From the NCBI GenBank assembly GCA_964385105.1, contig CAYLMU010000003.1:2470-66469 (forward strand): DNA of 64,000 nucleotides, given 5' to 3'. The notes under the pieces are model-generated. The model was not told where the DNA came from. It saw only the letters and a program-made list of their open reading frames with translations, and did no database searches. Positions within the stretch are counted from its first letter, which is position 1. Every line of letters starts with the position of its first letter. The stretch comes from an uncultured Candidatus Saccharibacteria bacterium. Lineage in GTDB: Bacteria; Patescibacteriota; WWE3; UBA101185; UBA10185. Positions 11,495 through 21,638 of the stretch are shown piece after piece. A program made the translations under genes and the position numbers.

Positions 11495-11908
11495 ATGGCA
11501 GAAGATACAAAAGTAGAATTAACAGGTAACGCTCAAAAAGTAATGGAAATGGTAGAAAAGATGACAGTTTTAGAGCTTAATGATTTAGTTAAAGCATTAG
11601 AAGATAAATTTGGTGTTTCAGCAGCTGCACCAATGATGGTAGGAGCTATGCCGGCTGCAGCGTCAGGAGATGCATCAGCAGTCGATGAAGATCAAACAGA
11701 ATTTGACGTAGTATTGGCAGATGCCGGGGCTAATAAAATTGCTGTTATTAAAGCAGTTCGAGAAATAGATCAATCAATAGGTTTAGTAGATGCTAAGAAA
11801 TTGGTTGAGTCTGCTCCTAAAACAATATTAGAAGGCGTTAATAAAGAGAATGCAGACGCTGCAAAAGCAAAGTTAGAAGAAGTTGGTGCAAAAGTAGAGT
11901 TAAAGTAA
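11495..11908 (+). CDS. rplL: 50S ribosomal protein L7/L12
   Basis: [47 protein letters not shown]. Confidence 0.98.
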   Translation: MAEDTKVELTGNAQKVMEMVEKMTVLELNDLVKALEDKFGVSAAAPMMVGAMPAAASGDASAVDEDQTEFDVVLADAGANKIAVIKAVREIDQSIGLVDAKKLVESAPKTILEGVNKENADAAKAKLEEVGAKVELK

Positions 11909-11935
11909 CATTATTTCATTATATTGTATGATATT

Positions 11936-11964
11936 TACCCCGTTTTATGACGGGGTATTTTTTT
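11936..11964 (+). terminator. Intrinsic terminator after rplL
   Basis: taccccgt-tttatg-acggggta followed by a T-run. Confidence 0.85.
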
Positions 11965-11970
11965 ACGAAT

Positions 11971-13176
11971 CTATTTAAAATAATTTAAGAGTGTTGTCAG
12001 TTTAGGTGTGTTTGTATCCTCAAGTATTAAATTAAGATTGTTGGTATTTGTCTCTATATTTCTTTTATGGTTTTGTAATTGTATGTTATCACGATTTATT
12101 ACATTATTTGCAACATAAGAAATATTGTCATAGCTCAGCACTTTCAACTTTGCGATTTGTATACCCATGTCTTTATTTCTGTTTGATGTTGTATTATGCT
12201 CTTTAAATAGTTTGATGATATCTTTTATATCATGGAATACATTTACACTATTTACTAAGTTATTTATATCAATGATGTTTGAATTTCTATATTCAGAGAT
12301 TATATTGTTTATTATTTCTGCTTTATCATTAATTAAATTTATAGATACGTCATTAACATCTACTGAGGTATGCATTACATTATATTTGTACCAATTTTCT
12401 ATTACATCATTTATTGTCAATTTATTACGCTTTTCTACACTCATAAAATCTGACATTAAACGTAATATATTATTTTTACTAATATCTTGCATAATATGAT
12501 CCTCTATTAATACATAATCTATATATTTATTGTTTTCTGCTATTATATAAAATAAAACTCCTGCGTTAGCATCATATTGTGTATTTTCCTCATCTTGTTC
12601 TGTGTTTAATATTGCATTATATGTTTTAATAATTTGTGGATTTACTATATTAATATTGTTAATTTTCTTTATGTTTGATTCATCCGTAAATGATTTAGAA
12701 AACATACTCATGTCATTAATTAACACCCAATTATAAGATAAAGAATCAATTACACGTATTTGCGCTTCACTCGAGATATACGGCACATAAATGCCATTTA
12801 AATCTTTTATGACTAAAGCGTCTTCACCTTCATAAACTTGTTTTTGACCAAAAAAGCATGATAATACATACTCATTAAGTACTACATCTTCTTCGAAAAG
12901 TTTTGAGTCTATATGTATTGTGTTATATGCTGAAGTATTTACTAGCTCAACTTTTTCTCTATCTACCAATTCCTTTAAATCAGTTAACCAATCCACATGA
13001 TCCGTTCTAACCATATTTTCTATAAAACTAACAGATACAATAATACTTACTTTAACTTCTGCTTTGGATTTAATTAAACGTAATAAGGGATAATATATAT
13101 CTTTACAACGGCTGCTAAATTCAGCCTCATCTTGAAAGTAAGGTTCATGTAAATAAAACACGTATGCTCGCTGCAC
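11971..13176 (-). CDS. Divergent glycoside hydrolase family 57-like protein (very AT/Asn/Ile-rich)
   Basis: N-terminal FYLHEPY, YYPLL and KVELVNTSAYNTI resemble GH57 HxHQP, YxP and ELL...YYHP motifs. The C-terminal half is unrecognisable. Confidence 0.5.
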   Translation of the reverse strand: MQRAYVFYLHEPYFQDEAEFSSRCKDIYYPLLRLIKSKAEVKVSIIVSVSFIENMVRTDHVDWLTDLKELVDREKVELVNTSAYNTIHIDSKLFEEDVVLNEYVLSCFFGQKQVYEGEDALVIKDLNGIYVPYISSEAQIRVIDSLSYNWVLINDMSMFSKSFTDESNIKKINNINIVNPQIIKTYNAILNTEQDEENTQYDANAGVLFYIIAENNKYIDYVLIEDHIMQDISKNNILRLMSDFMSVEKRNKLTINDVIENWYKYNVMHTSVDVNDVSINLINDKAEIINNIISEYRNSNIIDINNLVNSVNVFHDIKDIIKLFKEHNTTSNRNKDMGIQIAKLKVLSYDNISYVANNVINRDNIQLQNHKRNIETNTNNLNLILEDTNTPKLTTLLNYFK

Positions 13177-13212
13177 ACAGTTATTTTACATACTAATCAC
13201 TCCACATGCAAC

Positions 13213-13319
13213 AAATAAAAAAGCTTATACCTTCTAATCCGGGTAGAACTGGTTCCTATTCTCCTGCCCACAGAATAGGAAGTACGTGTTCCACCCAGAT
13301 TAGGTAGTACAAGCTTAAT
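13213..13319 (-). ncRNA. Candidate ~100-nt long-hairpin small RNA
   Basis: Extended imperfect inverted repeat 13221-13316, preceded by TTGACA-17-TATTAT and followed by a U-run. Confidence 0.55.
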
Positions 13320-13325
13320 GTGAAA

Positions 13326-13354
13326 ATAATAGCATATAATTATAGGCCTGTCAA
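13326..13354 (-). promoter_or_regulatory. Near-consensus sigma70 promoter (extended -10)
   Basis: TTGACA (13354-13349), 17-nt spacer ending TGC, TATTAT (13331-13326). Confidence 0.7.
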
Positions 13355-13380
13355 CACTTGTTAGTGTACGACTAAGTAGT

Positions 13381-14277
13381 CTACAAATCAGCCACTTCGT
13401 CAAATTCGCTTGCTAAATCAACCTCTCCATTCTCTAAGAGATCCTTTCTCAATTGCACGTCATTAACTACATATAAACCGTGTATCTCTTTTCTATTCTC
13501 TATGACATGTCCATTATCAATAAATATACCCAACTGAGCACTAGACGCATTTGATTCGGTTAGCTCCAAAGCTTTTTCAAAGAATTCTTTATCCTCGGGT
13601 TTAACATATATATGTAATATGGAGAATGGTCTTATCATTTTATGTAATGATAAACCGGCATTCATCGTGAAAGCGTATGGCACATTGGAATTTCTTGCAG
13701 ATTTATTAATGTATTGGGCTAACTCTTTTAATCCACCGACGTTGCTCTTATAATAATATTCATTTTGTGCAGGTTTTTCAGGTTCTTTCTCAACTTCTTC
13801 TTCTTCTTCGGAAGCAAGTGAACTTAGTGATTCACGAGAAGCCGGTTTAGACTCTTCTGCCATTTGCGCTTCGAGTCTATGTTTTTCTGCAGCTGCTCTA
13901 AATTTAGCTAACCAATCCACTTCTTCTTCCTGAGGCTCTTCTGCCGGCTCATCTAAATCTTCTTCAACTTCTTCTTCGTCTATTGCAGTTTGATTAATTA
14001 TGGGTGCAGCTTCAGGTTCAGTATAAGTGTCAGAGGGATTATCAACACCAGTTGATGCGTTACTTTCCACAGTTCTACTTACTGGCTGGGAAATATTATC
14101 TTTATTTGGATATAAAAAGTCTAATATATTTTTTTTTGTAAATCTATGTCTTCCTGTTGCAGTCTTTACCTCTGCTTGTAGCTTATCCTCTTCAAGATAT
14201 CTATAAACTGATCTTAAACTAACGCCTAAAATTTCTGCTACTTCAGTGGATGTATAAAATCTATCTTCTAAATTCAT
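13381..14277 (-). CDS. Excisionase-like HTH_17 DNA-binding protein with acidic linker and AbiEi-like C-terminal domain
   Basis: FYTSTEVAEILGVSLRSVYRYL...GRHRF HTH. C-terminal YAFT..AG..HIYV..YVVNDVQL..DL resembles the AbiEi_2 family. Confidence 0.65.
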   Translation of the reverse strand: MNLEDRFYTSTEVAEILGVSLRSVYRYLEEDKLQAEVKTATGRHRFTKKNILDFLYPNKDNISQPVSRTVESNASTGVDNPSDTYTEPEAAPIINQTAIDEEEVEEDLDEPAEEPQEEEVDWLAKFRAAAEKHRLEAQMAEESKPASRESLSSLASEEEEEVEKEPEKPAQNEYYYKSNVGGLKELAQYINKSARNSNVPYAFTMNAGLSLHKMIRPFSILHIYVKPEDKEFFEKALELTESNASSAQLGIFIDNGHVIENRKEIHGLYVVNDVQLRKDLLENGEVDLASEFDEVADL

Positions 14278-14357
14278 GACTTAATGTTTGCATACATGAA
14301 TATACTTGTCAACAATTTATTTAAAATTTTATATTACGAAAATAATAAAGACTGTAA

Positions 14358-15230
14358 CTACCTATTTTTTCTTATTGTTTCTATATAAATCTGCACGGGA
14401 AAAATCACTAAAGCTTTAAAAATCCTTCTAACACGCCATGGTTGAATTAATAACCTATAAAACCACTCCATTTTCATACTTTTGAATACATTTGGCGGTG
14501 TCCTGACATCATCACTTATATATGCAAAACTTCCACCTACACCTATGCCTATTTTTGATGGTATTTTGTTAATATTTCTATATAACCATTTCTCTTGTTT
14601 TGGGTGACCATATGCTACAAACAACATGTCTATACTTTTTATATCATGTTCTTTCATTTTTTCTTGGATAAACGATAAGGTCGTTAAATCATCCTCATCA
14701 TAGGAATTAAATGCGGATGTTGAACCTATTATTTTCAATTTAGGATATTTTTTTAATAGCCTCTCTGCTGTTTTTGTTGCTAAGTCGTAATCTACTGATT
14801 TCATCCTTCCCAACCTATCCTGTGGCCTACCTCCCAATAAAAATATTGTATACTGTTTTTGTTCTGAAACTTCACATAATTTCATCATTAAATCTACACC
14901 TGTAATTGATTTATCTACTCTTTTAAATGGTACAAAAAAACCTCTAATAAAAGCGTTTAGCGGAAACAAAAAATTTCTGTGTAAGTTTTTTATTGTATCT
15001 ATGTAAGAGACTGCAAAAATCACGCCATTACCATCCGGAGTTGAAACCAAAGAATTATTTATTATATTTCTAAATTCCTCATCCTCTTGTGCTTCAAGTA
15101 TAAATTCGGGATTAGTAGTACAAACTATCTGCGACCCACCATTTCTTATGGCTTCCTCTATCACTGACACAACCTCATCCATTGTCACACCTATATTTAC
15201 TTTTACTCCCAAAATTTTTATTTCTTTCAT
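14358..15230 (-). CDS. WecB/TagA/CpsF family glycosyltransferase
   Basis: TTNPEF, PDGNG, ITGVDL, FVAYGHPKQEKW, GVGGSF, EWFYRL..QPWR. Confidence 0.93.
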   Translation of the reverse strand: MKEIKILGVKVNIGVTMDEVVSVIEEAIRNGGSQIVCTTNPEFILEAQEDEEFRNIINNSLVSTPDGNGVIFAVSYIDTIKNLHRNFLFPLNAFIRGFFVPFKRVDKSITGVDLMMKLCEVSEQKQYTIFLLGGRPQDRLGRMKSVDYDLATKTAERLLKKYPKLKIIGSTSAFNSYDEDDLTTLSFIQEKMKEHDIKSIDMLFVAYGHPKQEKWLYRNINKIPSKIGIGVGGSFAYISDDVRTPPNVFKSMKMEWFYRLLIQPWRVRRIFKALVIFPVQIYIETIRKNR

Positions 15231-16321
15231 ATATTTTTAAATGAATTTAAAAATTCCTCGGCACACTGACGCCAGCTATACTTTTGTATATTGACAAGTC
15301 CTAAATCTATGAGTTTTTTTCTCAGTTGGTAATCCTTCAATAGTAAGTCCATACCCTGAAATATTTCATTTATGTTATTGGGATTTACACACAAAGCCGC
15401 CCCGCCACTTACCTCAGGAAGTGCACCGGTAGTAGATGTTAAAACCGGTACCTCACATGCCATAGCTTCAAGAACAGGCAAACCAAAACCCTCACTCAAC
15501 GAAACATATGACAAAAACTGAGCTCCTGAAATTAACGCCGGTAAATCTAACTGATCCACCCTACCTGTAAACTTTACACAATCCTTAACATTGTATGTTT
15601 CGGGTAATTCATACAACCTTAAATTATCTTCGGGCACACTGCCAGCAATTACAAATCGTAAACTTTCATACACTCTCTCATTAATTACTCTGGAAAAGGC
15701 TTCAATCATATTATTCAAGTTTTTCCTTTTAACTGCTGTACCAACAAACAAAATATAATTTTTCGAATCTATCTTATATTTACTTAAAACGTTTTCAATT
15801 TCACGCTCGCTTCTTTTATAAAAAAACTTAGTATCAACACCTTCACCTATTACACCTACCTTTTCGGCATTTACTTTAAACCGGCTAGAAATTTCACTTT
15901 TAGTAAACTCTGACACTGCCACCACGTAGTCTGAAAATCTCACTGTGAATAACGTAGGTGCAAATCCATATTTCTTATATTCCAAACCATGAATTACTGA
16001 CACAATCTTCAAATTAGACTTATGAATTATAGGAATTGTCTGCCACGGAGAGATTAATAAATCAAAATTATTTTTCATCAGGTACTTTGCAAAATCAAAC
16101 TGAGTCCAAGACAAGGTTTTTTTAATATATACACTTTTAAAGTTCACATTTTCAGACACTAGCTCATTAAACCAGTCTTGTGACACCTGTTGACGAAAAC
16201 AGATAAAGTATGTATTGGATTTATCAATCACCGATAAATGATGAATAAGGTTATATAAATAATTCTGCGTACCTGTGGGACTTACTATATCTAAACGAGA
16301 AGCATCTACAGCAATTTGCAT
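15227..16321 (-). CDS. GT4 family glycosyltransferase
   Basis: VSEFTK, RKNL, EGFGLPVLEAMAC, YSW. Confidence 0.93.
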   Translation of the reverse strand: MQIAVDASRLDIVSPTGTQNYLYNLIHHLSVIDKSNTYFICFRQQVSQDWFNELVSENVNFKSVYIKKTLSWTQFDFAKYLMKNNFDLLISPWQTIPIIHKSNLKIVSVIHGLEYKKYGFAPTLFTVRFSDYVVAVSEFTKSEISSRFKVNAEKVGVIGEGVDTKFFYKRSEREIENVLSKYKIDSKNYILFVGTAVKRKNLNNMIEAFSRVINERVYESLRFVIAGSVPEDNLRLYELPETYNVKDCVKFTGRVDQLDLPALISGAQFLSYVSLSEGFGLPVLEAMACEVPVLTSTTGALPEVSGGAALCVNPNNINEIFQGMDLLLKDYQLRKKLIDLGLVNIQKYSWRQCAEEFLNSFKNI

Positions 16322-16382
16322 ATCTTGTATTTTACTATGAATAGCTAGTAATTATAAGTAAGGTAAGATAAAATGTAGAAGC

Positions 16383-17540
16383 ATGAAAAGATACTGGCTC
16401 CAAACTGTTGCAACAAGTACATTCTTAATCATAATAACAACAGTCATTTTCCTATACACTTCAGGATATAGAGTGTTAAGAGAAGAAAGTGTGAATGTTG
16501 ATTTTAAAAGAACCGGCATGATAAGTGCCAAGTCTATTCCTGAAGGTGCAAATGTATATTTAAATGGCGTACTAAAAACAGCATCAAACGATACAATTCA
16601 AGCCCTTGACCCCGGCACTTATCAATTAAGAATAGTGCGAAACGGTTTTGTAACATGGGAAAAAGATGTTGAAGTTTTTGCAGAGCTTGTAACTGATATA
16701 ACGGCCGTTTTAATTTCACAAAGCCCAAGACTGGAACCTCTTACAAACACAGGCGCCAGAATGCCTGTCATATCGCCAACATTAAGTAAACTCGCATATT
16801 TCTCAAAAGACGGAACTGAATCGGGAGTTTGGATAATTCCTCTTACAAACACCGGCCTTAGCCTTTTTAGAGCTGAACCATATATAGCTATAGAAGACAC
16901 TTTCAACACAATATTCTCTAACGGTAAATCAATTGAGTGGTCACCCGATGAAAAAGAGCTTCTAGTCCAAGGGCCAAACGACCTTTTTTATGTTATAGAC
17001 ATTGGTACAAAAGCAGTAGAATCAACCACATCACCCGATGCTGTACGAAACGAATGGGAGGAAATCAGACATGTGAAAAGAGCTGACTTTCTATCAAGAA
17101 TAGATATTCCCGAAAATATGCTGATAATAGCAAACGCACCTGAAACAATGTGGTCACCGGATGAAAAAAAGTTTTTGTACAAAGTCACCAATGAAGAAGC
17201 CGGTACAACTGAATACAGAGTTTATAACATGGAAAAGCCCATACCGGTTGGAGAAAAAGTCGACAATCTAGTATTCACATTAAATGCAGATGACCCTCAA
17301 CCTGTTGTCACATGGTATGCGGACAGCTTTCACTTAATATTGGTTGAAGGAAACACCGAAGAAGAAAAACGCGGCGTCATTAGCTTAATTAGAATAGACG
17401 GTACAAATAAAACCGAAATTTATAACAACACAATGTACTCACAAAACGTTTACAGCTCACCGGGAGGCGACAAGCTTATTTTCTTGACATCATTTAAGTC
17501 CGGTGGTCAAACTGATTTATATACCATTGGTATAAGATAA
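16383..17540 (+). CDS. PEGA-domain, TolB-like beta-propeller membrane-anchored protein
   Basis: N-terminal TM; SIPEGANVYLNG and LDPGTYQLRI..GF..W (PEGA); WSPD repeats. Confidence 0.8.
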   Translation: MKRYWLQTVATSTFLIIITTVIFLYTSGYRVLREESVNVDFKRTGMISAKSIPEGANVYLNGVLKTASNDTIQALDPGTYQLRIVRNGFVTWEKDVEVFAELVTDITAVLISQSPRLEPLTNTGARMPVISPTLSKLAYFSKDGTESGVWIIPLTNTGLSLFRAEPYIAIEDTFNTIFSNGKSIEWSPDEKELLVQGPNDLFYVIDIGTKAVESTTSPDAVRNEWEEIRHVKRADFLSRIDIPENMLIIANAPETMWSPDEKKFLYKVTNEEAGTTEYRVYNMEKPIPVGEKVDNLVFTLNADDPQPVVTWYADSFHLILVEGNTEEEKRGVISLIRIDGTNKTEIYNNTMYSQNVYSSPGGDKLIFLTSFKSGGQTDLYTIGIR

Positions 17541-17577
17541 TCCTAGGGCTATAGCACTGTACCCCATTTAATTGCTA

Positions 17578-18279
17578 TTATTTAACTTCAATCAAGTTTG
17601 CCGTTACAACAAGCCTATTTAAAGTAGTACCCGGAGGATCACATGTTTGTAAAGTCAAAGTGGGCTCAATCACCGGTCTTGTAATAGGATAAGTGTTCCA
17701 ACCTTCAAGCTTTTCTTTGTTTACAACATTGTAAACATAATCTTTGCCATCATAAAACACATGCACTTTATCCCCTACTTCAAGTTTTCGAAGCAAATTA
17801 AAAACTGTGGCGTATCTGCCCAATTCCCAAAAATCAGTAGAAGCATGAGCAAATAAGTAAACATTGCCCGGCTCATTAGAAGGATAGTTTGAAACAGCCG
17901 CATGTGCCACACCGTTTTTTAATGCATTTTTATACGAATCTTCGTTTGTTATCGCAACATCCGCAACCACAGGGGCATTTACACCTATTTTCTCAATTAC
18001 AAGCGAAAAATCTTTATTAACAGGCTCAAGCAGTACAGGGCTTGATGATAAATATCTTGCAAACACGCTATCATCCACTGAGTTTTCACTTGCAAACAAT
18101 GAATACTCCTGGGATTTTAGTTGTTTTAAAAAATACCACACTTCACTTCGAATAACAGGTCCAAAAGCCATTATAATAAACAAAAATCCTAATATAATGA
18201 GAGTATTTGAAATCGTTTTAAAAAAAACATATTCTGCTTTTGTTGGCTTATTTTTATAAGTATATTTTTTTGATTTCAC
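17578..18279 (-). CDS. Sortase
   Basis: N-terminal TM; GNVYLFAH, LTLQTC, RL catalytic His/Cys/Arg. Confidence 0.9.
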   Translation of the reverse strand: MKSKKYTYKNKPTKAEYVFFKTISNTLIILGFLFIIMAFGPVIRSEVWYFLKQLKSQEYSLFASENSVDDSVFARYLSSSPVLLEPVNKDFSLVIEKIGVNAPVVADVAITNEDSYKNALKNGVAHAAVSNYPSNEPGNVYLFAHASTDFWELGRYATVFNLLRKLEVGDKVHVFYDGKDYVYNVVNKEKLEGWNTYPITRPVIEPTLTLQTCDPPGTTLNRLVVTANLIEVK

Positions 18280-18405
18280 AATAAAAGTTTAGCACAACAA
18301 AGTGCCGAAATAATCTTAATATTTGCCTGTAGAATTGTCATACAAGCGCTCGATTTACTTATAACAAAGGGTTTGGTAGTGTTCGAAAATAGTAAAAAAA
18401 TTTTA

Positions 18406-18480
18406 TGGTGCCCCCGGCAGGAATTGAACCTGCATTTTACCCTTAGGAGGGGTATGTTCTATCCGTTGAACTACAAGGGC
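18406..18480 (-). tRNA. tRNA-Arg(CCT)
   Basis: Cloverleaf; anticodon arm TACCC-CTCCTAA-GGGTA; T-loop GTTCAATT; encoded CCA. Confidence 0.93.
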
Positions 18481-18555
18481 AAGCACCTTAATATTTTATG
18501 ATAAAATGTACAATACCGCCAGTTTATCATAGAATTTTTATGTGGTTGTATATAA

Positions 18556-18643
18556 GGAGGGGTGCAGGAGTGGCTTATCTGGCCGGTCTTGAAAACCGTG
18601 CATGCGCAAGCATACGAGGGTTCGAATCCCTCCCCCTCCGCCA
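18556..18643 (+). tRNA. tRNA-Ser(TGA), integration target
   Basis: GGAGGGG/CCCCTCC acceptor stem, G73, loop CTTGAAA, long variable arm, TTCGAAT T-loop, CCA. Confidence 0.92.
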
Positions 18644-20341
18644 TGTGGAATTGATAGCTTCTTGAAGTTCTTTTTTGCTTGTTATACCAGCCAATACTTT
18701 GGGTTCTAACTGTTGTTTTATCTCTTGTATCTCATTCAATCCTTTTTCAATTAAGAAGAAGTGTTTTTGCTTATCAAACCATAGTTTTTTGTCTTTTAAT
18801 TTTAGGTTCAAACCAAGTGATTGAAGTATTTGTGTTTTGGTATTTGAATCTCCATTTTTAAGCCAGTAGTTAGCATATCTAGCAAAATTAAATGCTTTTT
18901 CTGTGTTTTCCGTTGCTGTTTCAACCCTGTTGTTATTATCGTTAATTAAATCCTCAACTTCTTTTATTCTTGATAGCAAATCTTTTCTTTGTAATACATA
19001 TTCCTGTTCTGAAATTCTACTACCATCTCTATTTTCAGGGGATACTTTAAGTTTAAGTAGTTCTTTTAGGGAATATTGTAAGTTCTCTAATTCTACATTC
19101 AGCCCGTTACAAGACTTTCTAATAACATTAAAATCAACGTCTGTAACTTCGTGAATATATTTGATAGCAAGATTCAAAAAGTCATCATCTATTTCAAATT
19201 TGCTTATTTCAGCCTCAATAGTTTGCTCTAAATTATCAACTCTCATAGCCTTTTCAGTGCAGTTAGGATTTGTCTTTTTAGCACAAGAAAGATATACATA
19301 ATGTAGGATTTTTGGATTATCCATTTGTTCAATTAGCATTCCACAATTAGTACAAGCATTTCTATCTTGGGTTTTAGCAAATTTAGTTTTACAGTTACTA
19401 CAAATTACTTGCCATTTCTCATGTGCTGTAATACTTCCTCCACAACCACCACAAACTAAAGCCTTTTTATATGGAAAATCCTTATCTTTTGAATAATGAC
19501 TTCTAGTTTTCTTACCAAGTCTAATTTGAAGCGTATTAAACTCATCAATTGTTAGCATTGCAGGGTGTTTACCCCAACATTCACCATCTTTACGTTGAAT
19601 ATAGCCATATATAAAGGGCTTAGATAGAAAGCGATACCAAGCAGTTCTACTCATTGGCTTTCCACCTTGTTTAAAAGATTTTCTAGTTTTAAATCCCCAT
19701 TTATCATTAAGAATATGCAGGGCTTCCATAAGGGAATAGCCCTCGTAGATTATTAAATAAATTGCTTTTTGTATTAAATCAAAAGAAACAGGGTCTTTAT
19801 CAATAGACTTTTCCTTTGTATAAGGGTTTGTAACATTAATATATCCTTGCAATGCTTGGGTTGGAATATATCCTTCTCGTAACTTTTTTCTATTTCCTCT
19901 TTTTACATTTTGGGATTTATCATCACTATCTTTTTTAGCCATGCCAAATTCAATAGTAAGCAGTAAAACATCGGAAGAATCACCAGTAAAAATCTTGTAG
20001 GGTGTTCTTAACTCTAAAATTTTGCCTGTACTCATTAAATACAAGAAGTCTCCTGCATCTTTTGGGTTTCTGCTTATTCTATTTGGTTGCCAACATAAAA
20101 CCCCATTTGCCTCACCTTTTTCTATTCTTTTTAGCATTTCATTAAATCGTGGTCTGCCTATTTTGTATGCACTCTGTGCCTCTGAAAATACCCCTACAAT
20201 CTTTAACCCTAGTTTTCTAGCATATTCTCTTAGTTCTTCCTCTTGTGCTTCTAGGGAAAGGATTTGTCTATCTTCTTCCTCGCTACTTTTACGAATATAT
20301 AAGAAGTATCTTTTTTCAATTTCTAGAATTTCATTAAACAT
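18575..20341 (-). CDS. Large serine recombinase (integrase) with recombinase and zinc-ribbon domains
   Basis: YIRKSS catalytic motif, RISRN, CGGCG and further CxxC motifs, coiled coil. The last ~22 codons are antisense to tRNA-Ser. Confidence 0.93.
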   Translation of the reverse strand: MFNEILEIEKRYFLYIRKSSEEEDRQILSLEAQEEELREYARKLGLKIVGVFSEAQSAYKIGRPRFNEMLKRIEKGEANGVLCWQPNRISRNPKDAGDFLYLMSTGKILELRTPYKIFTGDSSDVLLLTIEFGMAKKDSDDKSQNVKRGNRKKLREGYIPTQALQGYINVTNPYTKEKSIDKDPVSFDLIQKAIYLIIYEGYSLMEALHILNDKWGFKTRKSFKQGGKPMSRTAWYRFLSKPFIYGYIQRKDGECWGKHPAMLTIDEFNTLQIRLGKKTRSHYSKDKDFPYKKALVCGGCGGSITAHEKWQVICSNCKTKFAKTQDRNACTNCGMLIEQMDNPKILHYVYLSCAKKTNPNCTEKAMRVDNLEQTIEAEISKFEIDDDFLNLAIKYIHEVTDVDFNVIRKSCNGLNVELENLQYSLKELLKLKVSPENRDGSRISEQEYVLQRKDLLSRIKEVEDLINDNNNRVETATENTEKAFNFARYANYWLKNGDSNTKTQILQSLGLNLKLKDKKLWFDKQKHFFLIEKGLNEIQEIKQQLEPKVLAGITSKKELQEAINSTWRRGRDSNPRMLAHARFSRPAR

Positions 20342-20397
20342 AGTTTCCTTTTTTCTTCGTTGTGATTATATCACTGTATTTCTTTCTAACTTTCCTA

Positions 20398-20542
20398 GTT
20401 TAACCGCTATTAGATAATCGGTTAAACACAAATTTAATACTTTTGCTTATAAGAGGGAAAATGGCGTGTGCATTTTCCCTCAAATCCCATTGTTTTGGTT
20501 GTTACAGTCGTCAAGGGCGCTACCGCGCCTATCCTTGACGAC
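20398..20542. repeat. Three inverted repeats between integrase and Rep (candidate replication origin/terminator)
   Basis: gtttaaccg/cggttaaac (20398-20427), gagggaaaatg/cattttccctc (20453-20481), gtcgtcaagg/ccttgacgac (20507-20542). Confidence 0.7.
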
Positions 20543-20549
20543 CCCAATA

Positions 20550-21638
20550 CTAAAGTGTGTTTCTTAAGTTTTGTAGTAGTTCCATAACGTCTGTATCGGG
20601 GGCGTTTACAGCAAGATTACTTGGTATTTTTAAATCAAATTTAAAATCTTTTAATGTGTTAATTATTCCTATATCAGCATTTTTCAACAAATCCAAGCGT
20701 TTTTTAACAGTGCTTAAAGTTAAATTATCTTCAAGGATAATTCTATTTTGCTTTTCCTGTGTTTTATCCGCACAATACCAAGTGTTTACAAACTGAAACA
20801 GATTTATAGCCTTCTTCTTATCGTAAACCGATTGTAGTTTGTTAAAAACTTCAATCATATCCATAGACTCATAATTGTTCGTTTTTACAAGTTCTGATAA
20901 TGACTGCTTAAGTAAATCCTCAATAATGTTGGTATCACGTATTCTGGTATAGTTGCTATCTTTCTCACCAAACACCTGTTGAATTTTCTTTTTGTGCATG
21001 GTTACTTCTGTTCTAAAGATACCTTCACTAAACTCATGTAATTTATATGCAAAGTTTGGGTCTATTTTTCTAATATCTTTAAAGTCGTGGGCTTTAAATT
21101 CCGGCTGTTTCTGATAAAACTTAAGTTTATATGTATTACCCCAATAAGTTAGCGATTCATCATCAATTAAAATCTTCTTTTTTCTTGGATATTCATAACT
21201 TGAAAGATTAGTGATAATACATTTACACTCTACATTTGATAGCAATTTCCAAGCGTAACAAATATCAAGTCTTTGAAGTATCCACAAAAATGGGTCTGGT
21301 AGTGTTATTTCATAAAACTGTTCAAGAATATGTTTTACTTTTTGCAATACATCAACAATTTTATCGGGATAAAGCATAAAGATATTTGTTCCATACATTA
21401 CTTTTGGTGCTGAAAATTCAATAAATATGTTATCCCAATTAAATGCAGATACATATATTTGATATCCATTTTCTTCTATAATTGGTTTTGAATAGTAGTA
21501 ACTTCCTTTTTTCTCATAAGTGTTTGTTTCTTCTTCCTGTATCTCTGGTTCAATTTCTCTTTTTTCATAGAATTTCTTTTTACAAACATCAAAAATATCT
21601 TTATTACTTGGGATTTTCCATCGGGTAGTGTCTAACAT
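20550..21638 (-). CDS. Phage/plasmid rolling-circle replication initiator, gene II/X-like family
   Basis: MLDT start, IEFSAPKVMYGTN, RLDIC, LKFYQKQPEF, FRTEV motifs. Confidence 0.75.
   Translation of the reverse strand: MLDTTRWKIPSNKDIFDVCKKKFYEKREIEPEIQEEETNTYEKKGSYYYSKPIIEENGYQIYVSAFNWDNIFIEFSAPKVMYGTNIFMLYPDKIVDVLQKVKHILEQFYEITLPDPFLWILQRLDICYAWKLLSNVECKCIITNLSSYEYPRKKKILIDDESLTYWGNTYKLKFYQKQPEFKAHDFKDIRKIDPNFAYKLHEFSEGIFRTEVTMHKKKIQQVFGEKDSNYTRIRDTNIIEDLLKQSLSELVKTNNYESMDMIEVFNKLQSVYDKKKAINLFQFVNTWYCADKTQEKQNRIILEDNLTLSTVKKRLDLLKNADIGIINTLKDFKFDLKIPSNLAVNAPDTDVMELLQNLRNTL

Noticed and set aside
13197-13403. 68-aa minus-strand ORF
   Set aside because: It spans a promoter and a long hairpin; an RNA explanation fits better.
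18583-18599. C.U mismatch at the top of the tRNA-Ser anticodon stem as a sign of a pseudo-tRNA or crossover point
   Set aside because: A single 27-43 mismatch is tolerated, other elements are intact, and the att repeat maps to the 3' end.
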